The notes: generated by a model not told the origin, from the sequence alone. Shown: positions 36,841 through 49,088, counted from the stretch's first letter. The stretch is 64,000 nucleotides of DNA from Mobula hypostoma (GCF_963921235.1 NC_086104.1:153078001-153142000); one strand, 5' to 3'. Numbers and translations: made by a program.

Positions 36841-38110
36841 ATGAAAATCTGTTAACTCTGCTTCTCGTCCCATAGATGCTGCCTGACCCTGTGATCCTCT
36901 CCAGCATTTTCTATTTATGTTTCTAAGAATCTAAAGATATTTGCTTTTCTCTCTTTGATGCAAAAAAAGACGTTGTACTTCGCTTCAAACCTATTTTCCA
37001 CACAATGTGCTTTCAATGCTGGAGCTGTGTGCACTAACTTCTAACGAGTTGTTCTGGAATCCGCTCATTCATCCGATTAAACTGCATCAGCAGGTTCAAG
37101 TGTTCACTTTAAATGGCAATATGTCCACCTGTATCATTGGCCTATCTAAGTCTTCAAAGTTCACTACACACTCAAGTTTGTGTTCTTGTACATTTTGAAA
37201 TTGTTCCCTTTATTTAAGAAACCTTACTCTTTCAAGGTTTGACATTGTAAGTAACTATGAGGGAGAATATTTGCTTGGCTTGACGTGCAAAGATGTACCT
37301 CGGATGGACAACCAAAATGTTGTATTTATGATGGTTGGCTATATTTAACTAACATCACTGCAAGGTATGTTAGCTATTCACTTATTGTTCTCTAGTTATA
37401 AATTGTCTTGCCCTTTCCTTCATTACTCTAGTGATTAACTTTAACCATGCTTCCTTTATGCTCTGTAAAATGAGCTGGGCCACCCAAGGCCAAAAGCTCA
37501 AGGCAATGATAAGAAACGTAGCCAGCAGCTAATTAAAGGGGGCAAAAATAAACAAGTGGCTGTGGAAATACTGAAGCATCATTTGCCAATGAGAGATGGG
37601 GCTTCTGTACTTGCAAACCCTCCCCCCCACCAGATCAGAGGTCCATGTGGGCAGGAGGTTTGAAGGTCGGTGATCTTTGAGATATGAGAGTCAGCAAGGC
37701 CAGAGTTAAAGTCCTGAAGTCTACAGTCCCAACATCTGTGAGGCAGGTGCTTGAGGCCTGAATTCGGGGTCCTGTCATCAGCATCCAGAGTACAAAGCTT
37801 TTGTTTGAGGTACCATCATTGACAAATCATGGGATTGATACTGATGATCAAAGCCTGAAAGTCTGGAGGACTGTGTGCGAGTGTGTGCAAGGGAGGGAAG
37901 GAAGTGGCTTGTGGGCATGTTATGTTTGTGCTGGAATGTATGGCGACACCTGGGGGCTGCCCAGCTTGTCATTAAGTGTGATTTGGTGTGTTGGCGCTTA
38001 ATGGATACCACGTATTTTAATTTACATACAATAAATCAGTCTGAATCTGAGAATATTAAGGTAATATGAAAAGTGAAGAGGAGAACTTGTTATTTGAAAA
38101 TAATATATTT

Positions 38111-38417
38111 AATCAATCAATGAGAAGGTTTCTCCTCCAGTACAACAATAATTTAAATAATAACAATAAATATAGAAATATCATAATTCTGAATTCCAAA
38201 ACTCAGCACACTTTTTTCACCAATAAATAACTCCAAATGATAAAACTTAAATGCAAGCAAATATATAATCAACAAACAAGGTTTCTCCTCCAGTACAGCA
38301 ATAATTTAAATAATAACAATAAATATAGAAATATCATAATTCTGAGTTCCAAAACTCAGCATACCTTTTTCACCAATAAATAACTCCAAATGATAAAACA
38401 TAAGAGCAAGCAAATAT
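38111..38417 (-). repeat. About 153-bp tandem duplication in the IL1B copy B 3'UTR, carrying AU-rich elements
   Basis: gtttctcctccag begins at 38128 and again at 38281. Each unit has TTATTTATT and TTATTTAAA on the mRNA strand. Confidence 0.9.
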
Positions 38418-38560
38418 TGCTGCCTATACATATCAATAATTAGAAGACAGTTCTATCAACTATTAATCATATAAGAGATTCCCTGTACTTAGTACATACA
38501 TACGCACTAAACCAACAATTTCTGATTTGAGTTCTGAACAGTACAGAGACTTAAAATGCC

Positions 38561-38773
38561 TCATTTAGCTGTGAAGATAGTGATTCTCTTGTGGTGTTCC
38601 TTCACGTCCATTTCAACCGGCTGCCTGTTCCTGTGGGATGTGCTGATGTACCACCCACGGTACAGAGCCGATTCAAACTCAAAGTAATGGCCTGCACCTA
38701 AAACCTTCTTGAAGAACACGAAGCGAAGCAGGTCAGTGGCACTACTGATACTTTGCAAATTCTGATCCCATTT
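38561..38773 (-). CDS. IL1B: IL1B copy B exon 6 (terminal)
   Basis: LLRFVFFKK...FESALYRGWYIST...TIFTAK*; putative ATTAAA at 38108-38113. Confidence 0.94.
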   Translation of the reverse strand, partial: KWDQNLQSISSATDLLRFVFFKKVLGAGHYFEFESALYRGWYISTSHRNRQPVEMDVKEHHKRITIFTAK

Positions 38774-41700
38774 CTGAGCAAAGAAATGACAGAAACAAAG
38801 TTAAGTACAGTTACATTTTAAATGACAAAACTGTAAATGATATTACTCAGGACAGGTTGGCTTCCACATAGCAGATGTCTGAGCATGTGTTGCTGGGATG
38901 GGATTTGTGCCAGCTGCATGTTTGTAAAGACAGTCCTAACCTTGCCAACCCTTTCAGCAGTCAAAGTGTTCGTGAGGAGTTCCAGTCTGGAGAGCAATGG
39001 TATGCTTTGCTCTGTTTGAACTTCTCATGGCTTAATTATCTATAATCCATAAATTGCTAACAATTCAGTTTTGAAACTGTTCTGAGTTGGCTGACCTGAA
39101 TTGGGGAGGGACGTAGATCTCAATATTCCAGGACTGGGGACAAAAGTACAGAGTACTGACCACTGACCTCACAGATTAGGATATTAAGTGAGGATTTAGT
39201 TGTGAAATCACTCTTCAGTCAAGAACTTTCAGTTTCAATGATCAGATCTGTAGAAAATGTATTTTTTTCCATTTAGAGAGAGAGAGCTTTCAGTCTTTCT
39301 CAATGCTAGCTTTTGATTGTGCCATTTTACCCATTTTTCCAAAAATTTATTCTTTGTTCTGTTCCTTGCCATCAATTCACTTTGATTTTCCTGCTATCCA
39401 GTAACACCCTGGGTAACATGCAGAGGACAATTAATCTGCACATCTTTGGGATATGGAGGAAATTGGAGCACCTGGAGCAAGCACACATCCAAACTGGAGA
39501 ATGGCCAGTACCCTGGAAAGGAAATTCTTCAGGAAGAATTTGGATATGGTGAAAGGTGTTGGAAGGTTTCTCCCTGCGGTTATGGAACCTTAAAAAATGC
39601 TGGATATAGGCTAACCAAGCTATTGTAAGGGACACATTTCGAAAAGTGGATCAAATTCTGTCACATGCGATTTGCAGAAAGCTCAAGGAAAAGGTGGAAG
39701 CAGAGGCAGCTTCTCCAGACAACAACATGGGACTGTGTACCAGTCAGTTAACCACGTGCATACATGATTTCTTACCTCCACCTGCATCCTGGGATTGTCC
39801 GGTGGCCCTGAGCACGAGAGGAACATATTCTGATTGTTTATTCCCAGAACAACTGGCAAGTAATTTACTTCACCAGCAGTTGCCTTGTAGTACCTCACAT
39901 TCAGCATTACTGTCAACCAAAGGAGGGATATTTTAGCACAGTCATCAAAACACATATATGCTCATATCAATAAAAGTGCTGCAATTTGATAGCTACTTTA
40001 TCTGGAGTTATAACCAAGCCATTCATTGGATCTAAGTTAACCGTGGAAACAACTGGAGCATGACACATTGGTGCAAGACAGAACTATTCGGACTCCCATT
40101 CCTACCCATAATTGATTCATAGCTTTGCTTAGCCCTATATTCCTATTTCAGCTGGAGAAGCATGCTGATAACAAGGTTAAATAAAATGTCACAGCCTGAA
40201 GGCAGCACATGTTTAGGGAGTTAAAGGTATGAAAGGGACATGTGAAAAGCAATTGAAGCCATTTCCTCTTCTGTGCGATGTTCTATCCCATTCGTCATAA
40301 CACCTTGAAGATTTAGATACTTCTGCCAATCTTTCCATATTTTAAGTACAACAGAAAAGTGGGAGCATAAAGTTTACCCACCTTCGTCTGATGGCTGCTG
40401 CAAGAACATGGCCAGGAGCTGGAGATTCTCTGATAACTTCAGGCATTTGTCTTGTTCATCCCTCACTTGCTGACACTCAGTCTTCATGAACCTGTAGGAG
40501 CTGGGCACCACTTCAGCATCTTCATAGTTGGTGTAAGTGATGGCTTCTGTTGGCACAAATAAGATTAAGTTATTGATCATGGTATATTAACAGAGATTAA
40601 ACATAAATGAAATCCCTGACCCAACTATTTCTTTACTATTCCTGGGCATTGTCAGTGTTGGCAAATCTGAGTGTATTGATTTGTAGTATTGGCAACTCTG
40701 AGTGTATTGATTTGTTGTGGTTATTCTGTTAAATGTAGAACATTACAGCACCATATAGGCCCTTCAGCCCATGAAATTGTGATGTCCTTTTAACCTATTC
40801 TAAGATCAATCCAACCTTTCTCTCCTGCAAAACTCTGCATTTTTTAATATATCATTCATGCCTATCTTAGATGTTCTTAAATGGTCCTAGTGTATCTGCC
40901 TCTGCCACACACTTGGCAGTGTGTTCCACGTACCCACCACTCTTTTATAAAGACCTTACCTCTGACATTCCTCCAGTACTTTTCTCTGATCACCTTAAGA
41001 TTATGCTACCTTGTATTAGCCTTTTCTGCCCTGGGAAAAGTTTCTAGCCACCCACTGTCTATCGTATCATCTTATGCACCTCTATCAGGTCATCTCGCAT
41101 TCTTTGTCTCATGACAGTGAATGAGCAAAAGTGAAGGCTCAGTGTCAACAGAACCACTGGGATCAGGAGCAGATTGCAGGCCTTCACATTGGAGCCACTG
41201 CTTCCAATTGTAACTAATCACGACAGACAGAGTAACAATACTGAAAGGAAAGATTAGCTCACCTTCTACAAGTGCATTGAAATTTCCAAGCAAGTCAACA
41301 TCTTCAAAGCAAGTACTTTCACAGCCCCAGCTGTCTGTGCATGGCTGCTGCAACTTCTCCTTGAATCTTTCAACAGCAAGGGCCAACATGATGGCTTTCT
41401 CCAGTGTCAGCTTTGCAGAGCCAGTCGTGCTAATGGACGAGGACCTCCCTGTGATCTTCAAGTGGTAACTGTCTGAATGGCGACGTGCAGTGCTCAGCCC
41501 CATTGGTGATGTTTTTTGAAGTGGACTCTGCATAATGAGAAACCACCAATAAATCCCCCAATTCAGCTATCACAATAATTTTAGAGCGCCTGATAGCTAG
41601 GGTACGGAACAATTGATAAGCAGGGAGAAGTCTATCCTAGGATTCGTGGGATAAACATCAGACAGTGTGTAAGACTTGAAACCTCACAAATAAAAATTAA

Positions 41701-42758
41701 TTCTGACATCGTGCTTTTCTGTTGTGATTTTGATACCTCATGGCAATTAAATATTTATTGATTCAAACTTGAAATAATTTTAACAAAAATATCTTCCCCA
41801 AAATCTGTTCTGGTATCATCTTGATAATTCTTACCTTGACCCGGACACAGGAAGTAGGAGATGATATATGACAATCACTGTTGTGCCGGTAACTTAAGGA
41901 TCTGCAGATGAAATAATTGTCTTGGTCAGTTTATATGGAAAAAGATAAAACCACCTTTAGTAAATTATCAACCGCACAAGAAAATCGCAAACACAGGAGA
42001 TTATGCAGATGCTGGAAATCCAGAGCAACACACACAAAATTCTGGAGGAACTCAGCAGCTCAGGGAGCATCACCTAGCCTTCCTTTGGCATCTTCCCCCT
42101 TTCTTTCCAGTCCTGAAGAAGAGTCTTGACTCATAACGTCAACTATTTATTTAATTTCGTACATGAAAATCTCAAAGTTACTGAAATTGTCAGTTATGTG
42201 TTGCTATGAATCCTAGGCAGTGGAAGTGGGGCCAGTCAGATATAACCCTACTCCACATCCACTTGTCTGAAGCAGGCTTTCACACACTTACAAAATCATA
42301 TTTCTGGGCTCAGGCAGGATGCACTGACCTTTCTTTGTAAATTAGAAAAATTATTCTAAGAAAACCTTACAAACTATGAATATTGCCACAGTTAACAAAT
42401 CTGATAATAAGCGACAGGCAAGTTTAATTATTAATATTGTATGGCAGACAGATAACCAATGTTATATTTCCCTTTCACTCTAAAGTACTGCACTGATGAT
42501 TAAGGCTGGGCAATTTCTCCAACCTGTATTCTCATTCTTTATGATAAGAATTTCATTCTTTCGGTTTGGTTTGAGCTCTGGTCAGACATATTTATTAGAT
42601 GCAAATATATACACTATTCAAAATGGGGCACCAGTGTGATTGCATAGTACTGTAAGTTTTAAATGCTAAATAAAATTACAGTAGACAAAACCGTGGGCTT
42701 ACCTTAGAGATTCACTCTCAGCAATTGGGATTTTTACTGATCCAGTCTCGGTCCTCAT
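38561..42758 (-). CDS. IL1B: Interleukin-1 beta, copy B (299 aa). Exons 42703-42758, 41835-41901, 41263-41527, 40382-40546, 39776-39909, 38561-38773.
   Basis: Exon-by-exon paralog of copy A; 900-nt open frame; signature FESALYRGWYISTSHRNRQPV; all splice sites intact. Confidence 0.93.
39776..39909 (-). CDS. IL1B: IL1B copy B exon 5
   Basis: VMLNVRYYK...LPVVLGI...FLSCSG...QVE; 134 nt. Confidence 0.93.
40382..40546 (-). CDS. IL1B: IL1B copy B exon 4
   Basis: EAITYTNYEDAEVVPSSYRF...; 165 nt. Confidence 0.92.
41263..41527 (-). CDS. IL1B: IL1B copy B exon 3
   Basis: SPLQK...LALAVERFK...FEDVDLL...LVE; 6 nt shorter than in copy A. Confidence 0.9.
41835..41901 (-). CDS. IL1B: IL1B copy B exon 2
   Basis: 67 nt, AG/GT, homologous to 22681-22747. 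Confidence 0.82.
42703..42758 (-). CDS. IL1B: IL1B copy B exon 1 (MRTETGSVKIPIAESESL+AG)
   Basis: First ATG after the TATA-like box, in frame; AAG|GTAAG donor. Confidence 0.75.
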
Positions 42759-42854
42759 AATGGCGAAGCTCTCTGAAGTTGTATCTGACCGTCTCAGATT
42801 GTCAGGATATTTCTGTGTGAGTTTCTAAAGTTGCTCTGCTGACGAACAGCCTTT

Positions 42855-43000
42855 GTTCCTTATTTAAAGCTCACTGAACTCACATGCTCCTCCTCTCGGG
42901 TGTGCCACTGTGTTTGGAAATTTTACAATTGCAGTCTTGTTTGGTGAATTATCTGCCCACTTCCTCATCTTGCAGATCTTCCCAAAATTAAGCTCTGGTG
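42855..43000 (-). promoter_or_regulatory. IL1B copy B proximal promoter: TATA-like box (42860-42868), PU.1/ETS site (42958-42966)
   Basis: Homologous to 23640-23790. Confidence 0.6.
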
Positions 43001-44751
43001 GCATAAAAGAGAAAATCTGTAGATGCTGGAAATCCAAGCCACTCACACAAAATGCTGGAGGAAGTCAATAGGCCAGGCAGCATCCATGGAAAAGAGTACA
43101 AACTCTTGCTGAAGGTTCTCAGCCTGAAATGTCGACTGTCCACAACACTAGCTGTATGTCTTTGGAATGTGAGAGGAAACTAGATACCCAGTGGAAACCC
43201 ACGCATTCACGAAGAGAACATACAAACTACTTATAGTCATTAGCCAGAACAAAATTTTCTCCTGTGCACTGATCTGGCGAGCATTTAATCATCTCTTTCC
43301 AGAACTCCAGTTAGTGGAGCATTCTATTTTGTGTTTACAGACTATCTCAAAGCCAAAGTCTGCAGATCAATAATCAAGAATTTATTCATTGTAATTGTGC
43401 ATAGTGGAATTGATGCTTCATGAGGTGGAAACACAATCAGATCAAAGTCACTGCTATTGTGATCAAAAATGGAGATTAAGTATTAAATGGTCTGAGGAGG
43501 CTATTCAATGGATATTCCCATCCTCAAAGATGGTATGCCCAAGCATTCATAATTACCATCAGACTTTAGTACCAAGACAGCAATCAATCTCATCCTCTTC
43601 CTAAAGTCTGAAGCACAACTGAAACTAATCATCAGTCACTTTAAAGAGTTGAATTCCAGGAGTATTGCCCCTTGATATCGTCAAAAGTCGTCAAATAGTA
43701 GATTGGTCTGTAAAATAAAGCCCATGCTCTTAAAGGGAGAGAGGGAAATTAAATCCAAAATTTGTTAAATGGCAGGACACAAAGATAAAGATTGCTGAGT
43801 GTGATTGGAATTTGTGATGTTCACTGTAGGGGTCTACAGGGTTCAGAACACACTGCTTTGCTTTTTACAATATACATGGTTTAAGTAGTAGGCATGATCA
43901 ATTAATTTGCAGATGATAGAAAAATTGATTTCTAGAGGAAAGGTTTATACTGCAACAAGATGTAGATGGTCTGGTCAGCTGGTCAGAAAAGTGGAAACAG
44001 GATTTTATCCATGGAAGTATTTAATCAAGGTTTCTTTGGATCCAAAAGCGTTGTCTAGAAGGATGGTGGAAGTAAATTCAATAACAAAACTTTCAATCAA
44101 AAATTTGATAAAATCTTGAAGGAAAATATACAAATATGCAGGGTTATGGTGAAAGAACAGTCAAATGTGACTACCATAACATTCTTTCATCTGGATGAAA
44201 CTTCAAATGATGTCATATAATTCCTTTTCCTTCCCTTCCCTATAGCCTAACTCTGAAAATAGAACAAAAGAACGGATGTGCAGGTTAACAGAAGGTGGAG
44301 CTAAACTGTTGAGTCAAATATGTTAGCATATAATATTCCCTCAGCTGCCCATTCACGTTTTCAAAGCCCAGAAAGGTATTACTTTCTAACGGATGTGATT
44401 CCATCTTCACTAACACAAGCAAATGTCCACACCCATTTCTTCTTTCAAAGTCAGTTAACACAAAGGGATCAGTATCAATCATCACCTTTGGACTTAGTCC
44501 CAGTACTTGCATGCCAAACTTTCATCATAGATGTTTTTTATGTGAGACAAAACTGAGCAACATAAGCCACTGTCATCTTGAGGGAAAGTTTCAGGAAATT
44601 GTAATACGTCAGTTCACTAAGGTCAGTAACTGCATTCACAAGAAACATTCTAGCTCTCAATGCATACCAGAATGCCTATGGTCAATTGTACTTTATATAC
44701 AGGTTAATGATAACAGATGAGGAGCGTTTGATGGCTGAAGCATTCGGTGTG

Positions 44752-45247
44752 CAGTACTGGGCAAAAGTCTAAAGCACATATTATATATGTGAGTTTGTAA
44801 ATTTAGTGGGAGCAAAAAATGTTTGGAATGTTGAGGGTGCAGCGCCACAGGAGGGGTGTGGGACAGGTGGCAGAGACGGTGTGCCAGGAGCAGGGTGGGG
44901 GGTGATGCAGGTGCAGACACATGCCCAGCCCTGAGACACCAGTCAACGTCATTTGATTCCAAACAATTGGTTTATTGATCGTTATAGAATGTGTCTCTGG
45001 TGCCTCTTGCTCTTGCTCCCCTCCCTTCCCCTTTTCCTAACCATAATTCCCCTCTCTCCACCCCCTTCCCATGCTCAGTCCACAGTAGAGCCCTATATCA
45101 GAATCAGGTTTATCACCACTCATATGTCAGGAATTTTTTTTTTGTGGCAGCAGTACAGTGCACTACATAAAATTACCACATTACTGTGCATAAGTCTTAG
45201 GCACCTGAGCTTCATACATGTGCGTAAGACTTTTGCACAGAGCTGTA
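44752..45247. mobile_element. Tc1/mariner-derived MITE-like element
   Basis: Inverted termini cagtactgggcaaaagtct ... agacttttgcacagagctg followed by TA. Confidence 0.6.
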
Positions 45248-45655
45248 CTCGCTGGAGTTCAGAAGAATGAAGTGAGATCTCATTGAAACCTATTGAATAT
45301 TGAAAAGCATAGACTGACTAGATGTGGAGAGGATGTATTCTACAGTGGGGGAGCCTAGGATCAGAAGGCAAAGCCTCAGAATACAAGGACATTTGGAACA
45401 GAGTTGAGGGGGAATTTCTTTAGCCAGAGGATGGTGAATCTGTGGAATTCATTGCCACAGATGGCTGTGGAGGCCACATCATTGGGTATATTTATACCAG
45501 AGGTTGATAGATTCTTGATTTGTAAGGGCATCAAAGGTTATGGGGAGAAGGCAGGAAAATGTGATTGATAGGGATAATATATCAGCCATAGTGGAGTGGT
45601 AGAGCTGACTCAATGGGCTGAATGGCCTAATTCTGTTTCTATCTATGTCTTATGG
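45248..45655 (+). mobile_element. CR1 3' fragment
   Basis: ctggagttcagaagaatga...gtgaatctgtggaattc...tggcctaattctg. Confidence 0.8.
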
Positions 45656-46159
45656 CCAACTGTCATCCTTCCTTGGAAGGACTGGTGCACCTTGAGTGGG
45701 AACAGAAGCCTCTTAAAATGTTTTCTCTTTCTAATCTGCTATCCTGTTGAGATTAATGTACTCAGCACAGACAGGATGGCTCTGCATAAGGTAGTAAGTA
45801 GCATGCTGTCTTTATCAACTATGTCATCAGGGAAACCAACCCTGGAATATATGAGAAGATCAATTTTTAATTACACACCAGTCAATCAGAACATTGCCAG
45901 TCCTTCACCATGCTTGGCATATTATTTATCTCTGCCACACTACCTGCATGAGCCTCCAGAGAAACCACAAGACGTCTGGAGTGTTCTTATAAAGCCTATA
46001 TGGTACTCCATTCAGCCCAGGAGCAGATGTCACTCTTCCCCATCGGACTGCCTTCTCCACTTCTCTCCATTTTGTCGGGTCAAAATCCAGGTGGTAGGTT
46101 GTGGGGGCGGGGTGGGTGGGTCTGAATTGGCGGGATGTCGGATGAAATGATCATATGTT

Positions 46160-48870
46160 CCTGCCTTTTCTAGTTGGTGTGAATCTTTTCCAGGTGCTCT
46201 TCCAGTTCTTACTTTGATGTTTTCAAAGTTCCACTTGTTTCTGGTGTGAAGAGAACTTCAATGAACTTAAAAGGTTCTTTGTAGAACTGTGTTCTTGTTT
46301 GTTCTTTCTTTCTGTACAGGTTCCTTAGGTTCTGAGCTCTTTGCAACTTTGTCAGCTGGCTCTTGATGTCCACTTGGAGTTGGTTGAGCCCTTCCCTTTC
46401 ACTATCTGGGGCTTTCTTCCACTGTTTCCTTAGCTGTCTCCTTTCTTGAACCAGTTGTTTAACCTCTTGTTGTCTCCTGGTCTTTATTGGTGTCAACGAT
46501 GTTTTTCCAGTCTTCCTTGTGCTGACTCCAAGTTGCTGTTCCCCACAGCAGTAGATGATATCTCCCATTTCATTCAACTTCTTGCTGTTCACTTTAATTG
46601 CTCCAAAATTTTCATCAAGTTGTTGTTGATGGGTTACCACTCTTTCTTATCAGCAGTTTTGGGTCACCACGAGCGGTCTATGCCCTGTAATCTTTCTCTG
46701 TTTAGGAGGTGTTGGTGGTTGGGTGGTTGGGTGGTTGGGTGGTTGGGTGGTTCCCTCAGCTGGGATTTCTCTGCTAACCTCAGTGTCAGGGGTGCTAGTG
46801 CTGTGCAAACTTTGGTTTGTGTCCAGTCACTGTGCTTCACTTGACTTAGTTGATTGATTTTGCAAGAAGTACTGGTCAATGTGAGGTCCCTGTCCCTGCT
46901 CCCTCAAGCACCCTTTGCTCCCTTAATGGAACTTCAACCCCTTTTCTTATGTTACTTTCTCCTACCCACAGATGCAGTCTCAACGCTTGTGTCCCACTAT
47001 TGCTGCTGCTGTTTTGGTGGTCTCTTGTGCAGTGCTAAAGCAGCATTGAGGACTGCTGCCATGGGTAGCTAGTCCATGACAGCCCCATTGGGGTCGATTC
47101 CCTCCTGTCAGCTGTCTTCCCATGCTGTCACAAAGTGTTTCCCTTGTCGTCAGCTGCCCTGACAGGTCCAGTTCATCAAAATCAAGACACACAGGATAAG
47201 ATGCTAATGCCTCTCATGCCAGTGGGTCGAGAGCACTTGCTCAATACTGCCTTGATGTTGGGAGTTGCACAGAGCAACATGCAGAGGTTTTTAAGTGTGC
47301 ATCCTCCTTCCTCGATGTTTCTTCGATTAGCCACTAGATCTCCAGAGGGCTCGACAATGACTTCCAGTGTGTCAGATTCACCCCCTGTTGTGTCTTCCCA
47401 CTCTCTTGATGCTATCCTGGAGCCCAGGAGAGGTCTTTTCTCTTGATCCAAAGCCAGTGACTGCTTTTTTCCACCACCTCTCATGTGAGTCTGTTGGATT
47501 GCTGTCGAGTTTGACCATGGATCCTTAGCTCCTTCAGCAATTCGATGGTGGATGTGGCTATAAATCCCCTACAACCCACTTCCACAGGACAAACGTTGGT
47601 TTTCCAGCCCGTCGCTGAGCTTCAGCTGCTAGATCTGCATAGCATAGCCTCTTCTGCTCATATGCTTCAGCCACTGAGTCCTCCCACGGGGCTGTGAGTT
47701 CCATGATGTAGACCATCGGTGGTGAATTGGACCAGAGAACCAAGTCTGGCCCAAGGTTAGTGGCAGCAATATCCGGTGGAAAAGTGAGTTGTTTTTTGAC
47801 ATCCACCAGCATTTTCCAGTCACTGGCCATGTTAGTCTGTCTTGTTTCTGGCTAAGGAGGAAGATTAGTTGGTTTTTCTCTCCCTCCCAGACAAATGCTG
47901 TTGATGTCAGAGCAGTAGTCGTTCTAGGGGGCAAGGAGTTGGTTGCTACCCTCTTGGTCTTGATTGCCGCTGTCAGACTCTTTAAGACTTGGTTGTGACA
48001 CCATGTTTATCTACCTTGTGTGAGGCTGGTTTTGCAGCTTGCCAGGATATGCTTGAGGGTTGCTGGAATTAGGCACAGGGAACATGTTGGGTCCGCACCA
48101 AACCGCTGGTGGAGGTTTTATTGAGAGGGAAGCACATCATATGTAGCTCTGAGGAGAAAGCTAAGTCTGCCTGCTTCCATCTCCCATATGATCTTCCAGC
48201 TGATTTTCCTCTTCTCAGTGCTTTCCCACCACATCCTTTGCCTCTGCTTCGCCAAGGAGACAGCCTTTGCACTTCTATCTGACTCTTCTTGTTGCTGCAC
48301 TTCCTCAACAACCATCCTTTGCCCCACTTCGCCAGCGAGACAGCCTTTGCACTTCTATCTGACTCTTCTTGTCATCGCACTTCCTCAGCAACCTTCCTCC
48401 TTTGCTCTGGAATTGTGGCCTTGTGCCAGGTGGGTCTACTTGCTGCCAGACCAAAGCCACCCCTGCCCTGTTGGACTTGCCCAACATGTCTCTGTGCTTA
48501 AGGGCTGCTGTTGCTTGCTGCACTGCATCAGCTGGGGTCCATTTCCGCCCAGTTGATAAGGTCCGTGCAGCGTTACTGATGATCTTGTCATGAGAGTCTG
48601 TGAGTGTCATCAGCAGATGCACTTTAGAGCACTTGAATTCCTCTTTAAGGCCAGTGAAAGGTAGTTCAAGGACTCTTTTACCATAGAGACTGACGTTACT
48701 GATACACCTTGGGACACTGAGCCTCTTCTTTATGAATGACGTGATGGTTTGCTCGAGCTTCTTCGCAGTTGTTAGTGGGACCTCGTAGACAGTGAGAGGC
48801 CACATCACCTGGGGTAGAAGCCCAAACTGTAAGCACCAGAGCTTCAGTTTTCCAGGCAGCAAGGTCTTGT
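46160..48870 (-). mobile_element. RLE-type (R2 superfamily, HERO-like) non-LTR retrotransposon remnants
   Basis: KLKLWCLQFGLLPQVMWPLTVYEV, FLLRATYDVLP, TLKHILASC, and the PDLVLW...ELTAPWE...K...YADL restriction-like endonuclease. An N-terminal RRQLRKQWKKA...FYKEPFKF segment lies at 46209-46640. Confidence 0.8.
46714..46752. repeat. (GGTTGGGT)n microsatellite
   Basis: Direct reading. Confidence 0.9.
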
Positions 48871-49088
48871 TGAATTTGAAGTTGTACACCCTTTCTACTG
48901 CTGACCCCACGATGAGCACTGGAGTGCGTTCTCCCATCTTTGCTTCCTGAAGTCCACAGTCAATCCTTTGGTCTACCTAACGCTGACGGTATGAGAATCT
49001 GCAAACTTCTAAAGGACAGCATCAGAGGTCAGGATTAAACCAGGGTGTTGGGCACTGTGCTGCCCTGTTTACGCTGAAGAAAAGTTGG

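Larger units (their letters stand above)
37381..44703. repeat. Segmental duplication unit B (IL1B copy B plus flanks)
   Basis: Collinear with unit A, but lacks the L1 insertion. Confidence 0.85.

Noticed and set aside
38561-42758. Calling copy B IL1A or IL1RN, or a pseudogene because it lacks A's ATG
   Set aside because: It is an exon-for-exon recent duplicate of copy A, with no signal peptide and an in-frame upstream ATG.
45596-46150. 184-aa plus-strand ORF
   Set aside because: It starts in a CR1 tail with a non-ATG codon, and I see no recognisable domain or splice support.
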